Below are positions 1 through 7,077 of a stretch of 38,580 bases of DNA, piece after piece. The first letter of the stretch is position 1. The number at the start of each line of letters is the position of its first letter. The notes under the pieces are model-generated. The model made no database searches and was not told where the DNA came from. It saw only the letters and a list, made by a program, of their open reading frames with translations. This DNA is from a virus (lineage: Duplodnaviria > Caudoviricetes): positions 1-38,580 of IMG/VR virus record IMGVR_UViG_3300036987_000521; one strand, written 5' to 3'. The position numbers and the translations under genes were made by a program.

Positions 1-306
1 TCACCGGGTTGGCAGCTCATCGTACAACCCCTCGTCTTCAGGCGTGTAGCTATTCAGAAAGGCGCTGTGGCAGCGGATAGGCATCGCCGGGCCGGTCTGG
101 TAGATGATGGGTCGGTAGCGCGGAAGGGGCAACGGTTGCCCGCTCTCTTGGGCGACGGCCAGCCAGGCGGCCTTGGCCAGCTCGAGCTCGGCCACGGCCG
201 CGGCCGGGGTGGGGCCGAAGGCGGAACAAGCGACCAGGTCGGGGATGTCGGCGATGTAGCCGTCGTCTTCCCGGCTATAGAAGATGTTGATGTGGTAGTC
301 GTTCAT
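1..306 (-). CDS. hicB: HicB-family antitoxin (outside the att fragment)
   Basis: YHINIFYSxEDxGYIADIPDLxxCSAFGxTPxxAxxEL...W...GxPxP RNase-H-like HicB motif. Confidence 0.8.
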   Translation of the reverse strand: MNDYHINIFYSREDDGYIADIPDLVACSAFGPTPAAAVAELELAKAAWLAVAQESGQPLPLPRYRPIIYQTGPAMPIRCHSAFLNSYTPEDEGLYDELPTR

Positions 307-329
307 GGTTCATCTTGGTTTGGGGACAA

Positions 330-396
330 AGCGGGAGACGGGATTCGGACCCGCGACATCCTGCTTGGAAGGCAGGCGCTCTACCGCTGAGCTACT
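330..396 (-). pseudogene. 5'-truncated tRNA-Gly(TCC), probable att site
   Basis: Minus strand AGTAGCTCAGCGGTAGAGCGCCTGCCTTCCAAGCAGGATGTCGCGGGTCCGAATCCCGTCTCCCGCT has D arm, anticodon arm (TCC) and T arm; the first 5 nt of the acceptor stem (expected GCGGG) are replaced by TATCA; T loop reads TCCGAAT. Confidence 0.85.
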
Positions 397-481
397 TGAT
401 ACGACTGGTAGTAGGCCGTTCCTGGTGAGCTACTACGGGTTGTGGTGCGGCGGGCGGTTTGACCCACTGCGCGTTTGCGGC

Positions 482-497
482 GGCAGGCGGACAGGTG
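482..497 (+). repeat. 16-bp direct repeat GGCAGGCGGACAGGTG (second copy 38561-38576)
   Basis: Exact match near both ends of the element; the second copy lies in the first codons of the integrase. Confidence 0.75.
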
Positions 498-560
498 CTA
501 TCCGCATGTAGTCCGGTTTTATGTCAATGGCGACATAAGTACGATAGTGTGAACGTCCGG

Positions 561-890
561 CTAGGGAAGGCTTAGGGTCTGGTCGTAAGCGGCCAGGGCC
601 GATGGTAGCAGATCGCCACGGGCGACCAGGTTGACGATCAGCGGACGGTAGCGGGGCCAATCGGCCGCGGCGACATCATGCGGCCGGGCGCCATGTTCAA
701 GGTAATAGATCAACGCGCTAAGTTGATCCACATAGTGTAGGCGGCCCTGTTGCCGGGCACGGGGCGCGCCGCGGACGTGGTAGGAATGGGCCACGACCTG
801 ATCGGCTTCACGGTGCGCCTGGCGCAACATATCGCGATAGGACAGGTTTTGCACACGAGATATGAAAGCGTCGAAATCGTAGCGTGACAT
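561..890 (-). CDS. Hypothetical protein (109 aa, MSRYDFDAF...)
   Basis: Protein-like 3' part of ORF 561..1400; ATG at 890 with AGGA upstream. Confidence 0.6.
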   Translation of the reverse strand: MSRYDFDAFISRVQNLSYRDMLRQAHREADQVVAHSYHVRGAPRARQQGRLHYVDQLSALIYYLEHGARPHDVAAADWPRYRPLIVNLVARGDLLPSALAAYDQTLSLP

Positions 891-908
891 GGAGGTGTTC
901 CTGTGCGC

Positions 909-1217
909 ATGGTTATGCCGGGTCTGTTGACCGTGTTGGTGGGCCGGCGGGCCTGCGGTAAGTCGTTTGTGGCACGGGCACTCGAGGCGCATTATGCGCA
1001 CCTGGGGCAAAGCTGCGCGCATTTCGCGCTCGCGCCGGTGGACTGGGCCGCGGTTGACGCGTCTCTGCTGCGTTATGACAACGTGCTGTTGGAGTGCCGA
1101 CGGTTGCCCGCCCGCGCTCGGCTGCCCCGGAATGCGCGCATTCTGCGGTTTGGCAGCGTTGGGCGGACGCCGGAACCCCCCTTTCTGGCGCAGTCGGCGC
1201 TCGAGAACTCTCCTTGA
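909..1217 (+). CDS. Small P-loop-like protein, possibly truncated
   Basis: LTVLVGRRACGKS Walker-A-like motif; GGAGG at 891; start uncertain. Confidence 0.4.
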   Translation: MVMPGLLTVLVGRRACGKSFVARALEAHYAHLGQSCAHFALAPVDWAAVDASLLRYDNVLLECRRLPARARLPRNARILRFGSVGRTPEPPFLAQSALENSP

Positions 1218-1260
1218 CCTTTCCGCGGCCCCCGGTGTATAATAGAACGCACGTTCTATT
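1214..1260 (+). promoter_or_regulatory. Sigma70 promoter with overlapping LexA (SOS) box
   Basis: TTGACC(1214-1219)-N18-TATAAT(1238-1243); perfect inverted arms AATAGAAC-GCAC-GTTCTATT (1241-1260) matching GAAC-N4-GTTC. Confidence 0.8.
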
Positions 1261-1275
1261 TTTCCGAGGCCCAAC

Positions 1276-1413
1276 ATGCCAAAACGCAAACGCAAGAAGC
1301 TCTTTCCGCTGCCCGCGCCCCAGCCGAGCGCCGACCACGGCCGGCTGCTGCGCGTGTTGGCGAAGCTGCTGCGCCAGATCGCCGACGAGTTGACGCGCAT
1401 CGCCGACGGTTAG
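1276..1413 (+). CDS. 45-aa SOS-regulated small protein, candidate antirepressor
   Basis: GAGG RBS then MPKRKRKKLFPLPAPQPSADHGRLLRVLAKLLRQIADELTRIADG*; absent from the ORF track. Confidence 0.65.
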   Translation: MPKRKRKKLFPLPAPQPSADHGRLLRVLAKLLRQIADELTRIADG

Positions 1414-1676
1414 GCCGGGACGGCCGCCGGGTGGGGTGCGCGCCGGCGCCGGGGCTGCGGCCCGGCCTGGTAGATGACGGGCCGATAGCGCGCGGGCGGC
1501 ACGGGCAGCCCGCTCTCCTGGGCGACGGCCAGCCAGGCGGCTTTCGCCAGCTCGAGTTCGGCCAGGGCCGCGGCCGGCGTGGGGCCGAAGGCGGCGCAGG
1601 CGACCAGGTCGGGGATGTCGGCGATGTAGCCGGCGTCTTCCGGGCTGTAGAAGATGTTGATGTGGTAGTCGTTCAT
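1410..1676 (-). CDS. hicB: HicB-family antitoxin, orphan, downstream of the repressor
   Basis: Close paralogue of 1..306; GAGGGG RBS; no HicA adjacent. Confidence 0.8.
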   Translation of the reverse strand: MNDYHINIFYSPEDAGYIADIPDLVACAAFGPTPAAALAELELAKAAWLAVAQESGLPVPPARYRPVIYQAGPQPRRRRAPHPAAVPA

Positions 1677-1687
1677 GGTTCGTCCCC

Positions 1688-2014
1688 TCAATCCCCCTGG
1701 GCCATGCTGCGCACCAGGCGCAGGAGCATGGCGCGCGCTTCGGCGCCGCCCACGCCCCGGTAGCGGGCGAGCAGTTCGCCTTCGTCGGCGCTGAGGCCCG
1801 TGTCCAGCCCCAGAAAGTATTCTACCGGCCGGCCGAGGATGCGCGCAAGCTGGAAGACATGCTCTATCGAGAAGGGGAAGCGGCCTCGTTCGTAATGGCT
1901 GTAGCTCTGATACTCCAAAGATAATCCCTTCGCCACTTCGGAACGATCCATACCGGCATCTTCGCGCGCCCGGATAACCCGCTTTCGCAATTCATCTTCC
2001 CGTCTGGTCAGCAT
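1688..2014 (-). CDS. XRE/CI-like HTH repressor without S24 autocleavage domain
   Basis: IRAREDAGMDRSEVAKGL...SYSHYERG...VEYFLG; divergent from the cro-like gene. Confidence 0.85.
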   Translation of the reverse strand: MLTRREDELRKRVIRAREDAGMDRSEVAKGLSLEYQSYSHYERGRFPFSIEHVFQLARILGRPVEYFLGLDTGLSADEGELLARYRGVGGAEARAMLLRLVRSMAQGD

Positions 2015-2068
2015 CTTCTCCCTCAACGGAAGTATATCACGAGTTTCGCAAATTGGTTTGTAAACCCC

Positions 2069-2097
2069 TTGACAAGCACGTCCCTATGTGGTATAAA
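2069..2097 (+). promoter_or_regulatory. Early lytic promoter (PR-like)
   Basis: TTGACA-N17-TATAAA with extended -10 TG. Confidence 0.7.
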
Positions 2098-2189
2098 GAT
2101 TGTGCCGTTGCGGGACGGCCTTCTCTTTCTCCCGCAAACTCCCTAATAGGGATATAGTAAGTCCCCAAACTTAGCATCCAGGAGGCGCC

Positions 2190-2486
2190 ATGGAATTTGG
2201 TGTGCAGCTCAAGACGCTGCGGAATGCGCGGGGTTGGACGCAGGATCAGCTCGCCGAGCAGGCGGGGATCCCGAATACGTACCTGTCGCTGATGGAGACG
2301 GGGAAGATCGTGCCGGCCGGCGAGTGGGCGCGCCGGCTGCGCGCGGCGCTGGGCTGGACGGCGGAGACGGATGATCTGTTGACGGCGTTGCACTTTTCGC
2401 GCCACACGGCCGCCCCACTCGCCGAGCTCGAGCTGGCCGTCAGCGGCGCGTACGATGAGCCGCTGGCCGGCCCATCTGTAAACTGA
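2190..2486 (+). CDS. Cro-like XRE HTH regulator
   Basis: LKTLRNARGWTQDQLAEQAGIPNTYLSLMETGK; AGGAGG RBS. Confidence 0.85.
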   Translation: MEFGVQLKTLRNARGWTQDQLAEQAGIPNTYLSLMETGKIVPAGEWARRLRAALGWTAETDDLLTALHFSRHTAAPLAELELAVSGAYDEPLAGPSVN

Positions 2487-2489
2487 GGG

Positions 2490-2876
2490 ATGGACGCCGA
2501 TACTTTGATCGCCCAACTCCGGCCCGCCCTCAACCTGCACACGCCAGACAGCCCGGTCCGGATCATCGCCGTGCGCCAATTGCAGCCGCAGGAGCGCCGG
2601 ACTGAATACGACATCATCATGCAGACATCCACCGATCCCGACCTGATTCACCCGGGTGGCGCCACTCTGCCATCCGACCGCATCACGGGGATCAAATGGC
2701 ATCCCCACGACAGCCGATCCATCCGGCTCAGCGTCGCCGCCCGCAGCAAAGACGGCGCTGAGAAAAGAACGCACACGTTCGTTTTTCTCGGTTCGCCGGC
2801 CGACATAATGAACGCCATCGTCGCGGCGCAGGATGCCGGCGTTTGGCAGATGGCGAGCGAGGAGCTATCACCATGA
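2490..2876 (+). CDS. Hypothetical protein
   Basis: Fits the operon; C-rich codons unlike neighbours. Confidence 0.5.
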   Translation: MDADTLIAQLRPALNLHTPDSPVRIIAVRQLQPQERRTEYDIIMQTSTDPDLIHPGGATLPSDRITGIKWHPHDSRSIRLSVAARSKDGAEKRTHTFVFLGSPADIMNAIVAAQDAGVWQMASEELSP

Positions 2877-3295
2877 GCTACGAGGTGGATCCGACGCCCC
2901 GGACGCGGCGCTGGCGGGGGATCAGCGTGCAGATCCCGGTGAAGACGACGCAGGTGTCGCCCCCGACCCAGCCGGCGTTCGATTTCGACCAGGCGGCGCG
3001 GCCGGTGCAGAAGACGGATTTGACGATTGAGCAGCGGTTCTTGGACTGGTGCCAGGCCAATCCGGGCATCCTGCGGACGCTGCGCCAGATGGCGTTGGCG
3101 CGGGTGGCGGCGGGCGAGACGCGGATCAGCACGAAGGAGTTGATCGAGGATCTGCGGCGGTCAGGCCCTTCGATCAACTCAGGGCGCGAGCCGTACAAGA
3201 TCAACAACATCTTCACGAGCCGGCTGTCCCGCGTGCTGAATGATGATCCACGGCTGGCGGGGTTGATCGAGTTGCGGGCGTTGAAGGCGGAGTAG
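2873..3295 (+). CDS. Phage hypothetical protein, possibly DNA-binding
   Basis: GAGGAG RBS, ATGA overlap; IEQRFLDW..ANP...YKINN...P.L.G.IELR pattern. Confidence 0.7.
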   Translation: MSYEVDPTPRTRRWRGISVQIPVKTTQVSPPTQPAFDFDQAARPVQKTDLTIEQRFLDWCQANPGILRTLRQMALARVAAGETRISTKELIEDLRRSGPSINSGREPYKINNIFTSRLSRVLNDDPRLAGLIELRALKAE

Positions 3296-3304
3296 GGCCT
3301 GGGG

Positions 3305-3337
3305 AGAGTTGGCAACCGGGCGACGGTTGCCAACTCT
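3305..3337. repeat. REP-like palindrome AGAGTTGGCAACCG-N5-CGGTTGCCAACTCT (copies 12376-12408, 18084-18116)
   Basis: Three copies of a 14-bp-stem hairpin; compensatory AGA/TCT to AAA/TTT change in copy 3. Confidence 0.85.
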
Positions 3338-3351
3338 GCGGAGGCGAGGCG

Positions 3352-3768
3352 ATGCAGACGAAGCAACGAGCGCCGGCGGCGACGCATCCGGCGGCGGGTG
3401 AGTTGGTGTATGCGGCCGAGCCGGCCGGGCTGGTGGCGCCGGTGTCGCCGTGGGTGGGCGAGGATGCGCTGCGGGCGTGTTTGTCGGTGAACACGGATGC
3501 GGCGATCGTGCGGGCGTTCGATCAGTTACCCTCGGCGGTGCGGGGGTGGTTGTTGACCCGGCCGAAGTATGAGACGGTGAGCGTGCATCGGTTGGGGGAG
3601 CTGGCGCGGGGCTGGCGGGAAGAATCGCGGCGCTACGGGCTGGATTCGTATCTGCGCGGGTGGCTGACGGAGCGGGCGCAGGCGTTCGAGCAGGCAATTT
3701 TGATTCTGGAGGGGAGCCATGAGAGACAACGTGTTGACGGTGGCGACGATGAAAACGCCCCGCTTTGA
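3352..3768 (+). CDS. Hypothetical protein
   Basis: GGAGG RBS, phage-typical codon usage. Confidence 0.6.
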   Translation: MQTKQRAPAATHPAAGELVYAAEPAGLVAPVSPWVGEDALRACLSVNTDAAIVRAFDQLPSAVRGWLLTRPKYETVSVHRLGELARGWREESRRYGLDSYLRGWLTERAQAFEQAILILEGSHERQRVDGGDDENAPL

Positions 3769-4162
3769 TGCCGATCGGCATGTGCTGCGGTCGGTGCGGG
3801 TGGATCGGGACGTTGCGGCCTGGCGGCTGGCGAACGAGGAGCGCGCCGCCCGGCGCTGGCGGGCGAAGTGGTTGATCGCGATTGTGGTCGGGGTGCTGCT
3901 GCTCATCGGGGTTTGTCTGTTGCTGCCGGGCACGGCCGGGGCGACGGCGGATGCGGCGGTGGGCTGCGTGGGGTATGAGGCGGCCGGCCGGGTGACGAAT
4001 GTGAGCCGGGGGTATGTGGCCGGGTATACGTTCGGGAAGCCGACCTGGTTTTTCGGGGTGCGCACGGCGAAGGTGTTCCGGGTGGGGGAGCGGGTGCTGG
4101 TGCGCGGGTGTCAGGACACGGAGCGCCAGCTGCGGGCCGTGACGCTGCAGCGGTTGCGGTAG
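3719..4162 (+). CDS. Membrane-anchored hypothetical protein
   Basis: TM segment WLIAIVVGVLLLIGVCLLL followed by a small beta-rich domain. Confidence 0.65.
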   Translation: MRDNVLTVATMKTPRFDADRHVLRSVRVDRDVAAWRLANEERAARRWRAKWLIAIVVGVLLLIGVCLLLPGTAGATADAAVGCVGYEAAGRVTNVSRGYVAGYTFGKPTWFFGVRTAKVFRVGERVLVRGCQDTERQLRAVTLQRLR

Positions 4163-4268
4163 GCGTCAGGAGGCAGGGGTCAGGAGTCAGGGGTCAGGAG
4201 TCAGGAGTCAGGGGTCAGGGGTCAGGAGTCAGGGGTCAGGGGGCAGGAGTCAGGGGTCAGGAGGCAGG
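4162..4268 (+). repeat. Heptamer tandem array GG(G/A)GTCA
   Basis: Same unit also at ~6100-6140, 8583-8661, 9095-9194, 15976-16062, 21677-21708, 23807-23921, 25584-25652, 26672-26779. Confidence 0.95.
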
Positions 4269-4741
4269 CCATTCGCCTCGGCGGGGCCGGGGTTGGCATA
4301 GCGCGCAGGGTGGCGGCGCCCGAAGATGAGAAGCCGCGGCGGGTGGCCCAGCGCCCGATTAGACCAAGCTGGTGGGTGGCCCCCGGGCCTTTGTCGTGGA
4401 AAACCGGATAGCTACTACGATTGAAACCGACCGCCGGCGTGATGCCTTTATGGGGCCGGGGCAGCCGCCGGCAGGTCTTCGGAATGCGGAACGGTGAATG
4501 CGGAATGCGGAATGACGGGGTTCGCCCTGTGCGGTAAGGGGCTGTGCTGGCGGCGCTGAGTGTTGGCAGCGTCCTCCTTCGCCAGGCACAGCTCCTTACC
4601 GGGCCGGGTGAGCGCCGGTCTGGTCGCCTCGGTTGCCCCGTTGTGCGCTCCGCATGACCACTGCGCTGGTGGGGCCGCTGGTCGGTCGGGGGGTCGGCCA
4701 GCGGCAAGCGGGGTGGGGGGCGGGGGGCGGGGGGCGGGGGT

Positions 4742-4795
4742 GATCCTTCGACTGCGCACCGGCAAACGGCCGCCGGTGCTCCGCTCAGGATGACA
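4742..4795 (+). repeat. REP-like element GATCCTTCGACT-[hairpin]-CGCTCAGGATGACA (copies 24321-24369, 33922-33972, partial 33975-34017)
   Basis: Conserved ends with variable internal GC hairpins. Confidence 0.85.
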
Positions 4796-5012
4796 CGGTG
4801 ACATGGTGACGTGGTGATCGGGTGAATGCCGGCCAGTGGTCGGTTGACATCGGCGACGCCGGCCGTGGCAGGCGACGGCGTGGTCTCAGCGAGAAGGCGG
4901 CCCCCTGCGGGCGGGCTGTAGGGACAGGATAACTCGCGCCGGACCCTGTAACCGGCGGGTTCACTTTTTAGCGTAGCACAGGCGACTGATTTTGCACCCC
5001 AGGAGTTGGCGC

Positions 5013-5288
5013 ATGTTTATTGCGGGTTTGCTGATTACCGGGTCGTTGTTGGCGATTGGGCATTGGTTCCCCTGGCCCAAGCGGTTGCCGCGGCTGGCGG
5101 CGTATGCCTACGGGGTGGGCTGCTTGTTGATCGGCCAGGCGGTGTGGTTGACGCCGACCGGGCAGGCGGCGCTGTGGTGGCGGCTGGCGGCGTTTGCGGC
5201 GGTGGCCGGGGCGGTGACGGCCGGCTGCTATGGGATTGACTGGGCGTTGAACGCCTGGTTGCGAGGTCGCCATGGTCGCGCGGAGTGA
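5013..5288 (+). CDS. Small multi-TM membrane protein
   Basis: AGGAG RBS; three hydrophobic segments. Confidence 0.7.
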   Translation: MFIAGLLITGSLLAIGHWFPWPKRLPRLAAYAYGVGCLLIGQAVWLTPTGQAALWWRLAAFAAVAGAVTAGCYGIDWALNAWLRGRHGRAE

Positions 5289-5526
5289 GGATCAGGGGCG
5301 GCTGGATGTGGAGGATGCGCTGGGGGCGTTGGGCGAGGCGCAGGAGCGGCTGCGGTGTGTGGCGTTGCGGGTGACGAGCCGGATGCGGACGCTGGCCGAG
5401 GCGGAGGAGTTGGTGGAGGTGAATGCGGCGCGGGCGGCGTTGGTGCGGGTGCAGGGGTATCTGGTGGGGCGGCATCCGCAGGGGCGGGGCGGTGACGGGG
5501 AAACAGGTAGACCCGGAAACAAGTAG
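5272..5526 (+). CDS. Hypothetical protein
   Basis: Overlaps the upstream gene; consistent codon usage. Confidence 0.55.
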   Translation: MVARSEDQGRLDVEDALGALGEAQERLRCVALRVTSRMRTLAEAEELVEVNAARAALVRVQGYLVGRHPQGRGGDGETGRPGNK

Positions 5527-5540
5527 ACCAGGAGCGGACG

Positions 5541-6158
5541 GTGAACGAGCAGGCGATTTATGCGGCGACGGTGCAGCAGGTGGTGCGGTTGGCGCGGCGG
5601 GCGGCGGCGGCGCGGGATCTGCTGCGGGGGATGGCGGTGTGGGTGGCCGGCCGGGCGTTGGCCGAGGGGGGGAATGCGGATCGGGCGGCGTGGGCGGTGC
5701 TGGAACGCCAGTTGCACCAGGCGCTGGATGCGTTGGCGGCGCCGGCAGGCCCGCCGGCGCCCGACCCGGATGTGACGCCCCGGACGGCATTCTATCGGCA
5801 ACTGTATGGCGGGCGCACGGTGAGCGGGCCGGGGGGCGCGGGCGGGGATGCGCCGGATGGGCCGGTTGAGCCGGTTGAGCCGCTGTTGGAGCCGGTGGTG
5901 ATTGCGATCCCGGCGGGCCTGGTGGAGAAGGGTACGGCGGTGCGCTGGTGGATCGAGGAGGAGCAGCGGGCGACGGAGGCGTATCTCTTCGAGCGGGCCG
6001 ATGATATCCGGCGCAAGTTGATTGCGCCGTTCGGGCTGCTGTATGCGCTGGAGGCGCAGATCGGGCGCCTGGCGGCGTTGTTGACGGGGGCGGCGGGCGG
6101 GAGTCAGGGGTCAGGGGTCAGGGGGCAGGGGTCAGGGGGACGGGGGGGATGGGAATGA
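5541..6158 (+). CDS. Hypothetical protein with heptamer-repeat-encoded tail
   Basis: AGGAG RBS, GTG start. Confidence 0.6.
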   Translation: MNEQAIYAATVQQVVRLARRAAAARDLLRGMAVWVAGRALAEGGNADRAAWAVLERQLHQALDALAAPAGPPAPDPDVTPRTAFYRQLYGGRTVSGPGGAGGDAPDGPVEPVEPLLEPVVIAIPAGLVEKGTAVRWWIEEEQRATEAYLFERADDIRRKLIAPFGLLYALEAQIGRLAALLTGAAGGSQGSGVRGQGSGGRGGWE

Positions 6159-6436
6159 GACGACGTTGGCAGGTGGCGGCGGTGGTGGTGTTGGTGGCGG
6201 CGCTGGCGTGGGCGGCGCTGCGGCTGGCGCAGGATGCGGCGGCGGGTGATCTGCGGCGGCCGACGCGGGTTTATCAGCTCGATTCGGGGCAGTTCGTGCG
6301 GACGTGGCTGGATGAGCCGGTGGGCCTGTTGTGTGTGGCGATCATCGGGCAGGATGGGGTGGCGCCGGCCGGGATCTCGTGTGTGCCGCTGGGGGAGACG
6401 ACGTATGGGTGGGCGGTGGGCGCGCCGGCGCGGTGA
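6155..6436 (+). CDS. Putative exported or membrane small protein
   Basis: N-terminal basic plus hydrophobic signal (MRRRWQVAAVVVLVAALAWAAL), GISCVPL motif. Confidence 0.6.
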   Translation: MRRRWQVAAVVVLVAALAWAALRLAQDAAAGDLRRPTRVYQLDSGQFVRTWLDEPVGLLCVAIIGQDGVAPAGISCVPLGETTYGWAVGAPAR

Positions 6437-6541
6437 CAGGGTGGCAAGGTGACAGGGTGACAAGGTGACGGGTCGCCGGTTGTAACTGGAGTTACGGCCG
6501 GCGGCGCACCTTAAAGTTTGGTGCGCGGGCGATATTGGGTA

Positions 6542-6573
6542 TTGACAAGCGTTAGACAGTGTGATACACTGTC
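6542..6573 (+). promoter_or_regulatory. Promoter with palindromic operator
   Basis: TTGACA-N17-TACACT; inverted repeat GACAGTGT-GAT-ACACTGTC (6555-6573) over the -10. Confidence 0.75.
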
Positions 6574-6591
6574 ATACAGTAAGGAGCGAAC

Positions 6592-6825
6592 ATGGAAACA
6601 CCAATTCTGACCGTGCGCGTGCCGGAACCCCTACTCAAGCGGCTCGAAGCAAAAGCTACGCAGGAGCGCCGTTCTCGGAGTGCGATGCTGGTGCTGCTGC
6701 TACAGGATGCTCTTGATTTAGCGCCAGCTCCAACAGGTAGAGAACTTCGCCCGTCACCGTCCGATGATTTCGGCGGGCGCGACGTTGTAGCTCGGCACGG
6801 AGTGCTTCTGGAATGCGCAAGCTGA
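6592..6825 (+). CDS. Arc/ribbon-helix-helix repressor
   Basis: LTVRVPEPLLKRLEAKATQERRSRSAMLVLLL; AAGGAG RBS. Confidence 0.75.
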   Translation: METPILTVRVPEPLLKRLEAKATQERRSRSAMLVLLLQDALDLAPAPTGRELRPSPSDDFGGRDVVARHGVLLECAS

Positions 6826-6853
6826 TCATGGTCGTCGTTTCCTGTGTGTCCAT
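6656..6853 (-). CDS. Second Arc/Mnt-like RHH protein, probably leaderless
   Basis: ISLRIPEALRAELQRRARRNHRTVTGEVLYLLE; TGnTATACT 7 nt before the ATG. Confidence 0.75.
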   Translation of the reverse strand: MDTQETTTMISLRIPEALRAELQRRARRNHRTVTGEVLYLLELALNQEHPVAAAPASHSENGAPA

Positions 6854-7077
6854 GTAGGACAGTATATCACAGCTTCCCCATTTTTCATCCCAGGAGTTGA
6901 ACCCATGAAAAACATCTTCCAAGAAACCCGTGAGGGCATCGGCCCGGCCACGTATCACGGACGCGCCAGCCAGACCGGCGCCGAGGTGATGGTCTCCTCA
7001 CCCTCGCGCAGCTTACGTTTTGGCATATCCCCATTATACACCAGATTGGTGCATTTTCATCCCAGGAGGAAAAGCAA

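Noticed and set aside
330-401. Intact functional tRNA-Gly
   Set aside because: The acceptor stem can form only two base pairs
505-515. CGGACTACATG match (minus strand) to the cassette start at 14842-14852
   Set aside because: Only 11 nt with no attC context; plausible by chance
891-1400. N-terminal extension of ORF 561..1400
   Set aside because: Runs antisense through the SOS promoter and the small ORF; a better start is at 890
2768-2781. Second SOS box
   Set aside because: GAAC-N6-GTTC has the wrong spacing, lies inside an ORF and has no promoter
5013-5288. Holin
   Set aside because: Three TM segments, but located in the early region away from late genes; function left open
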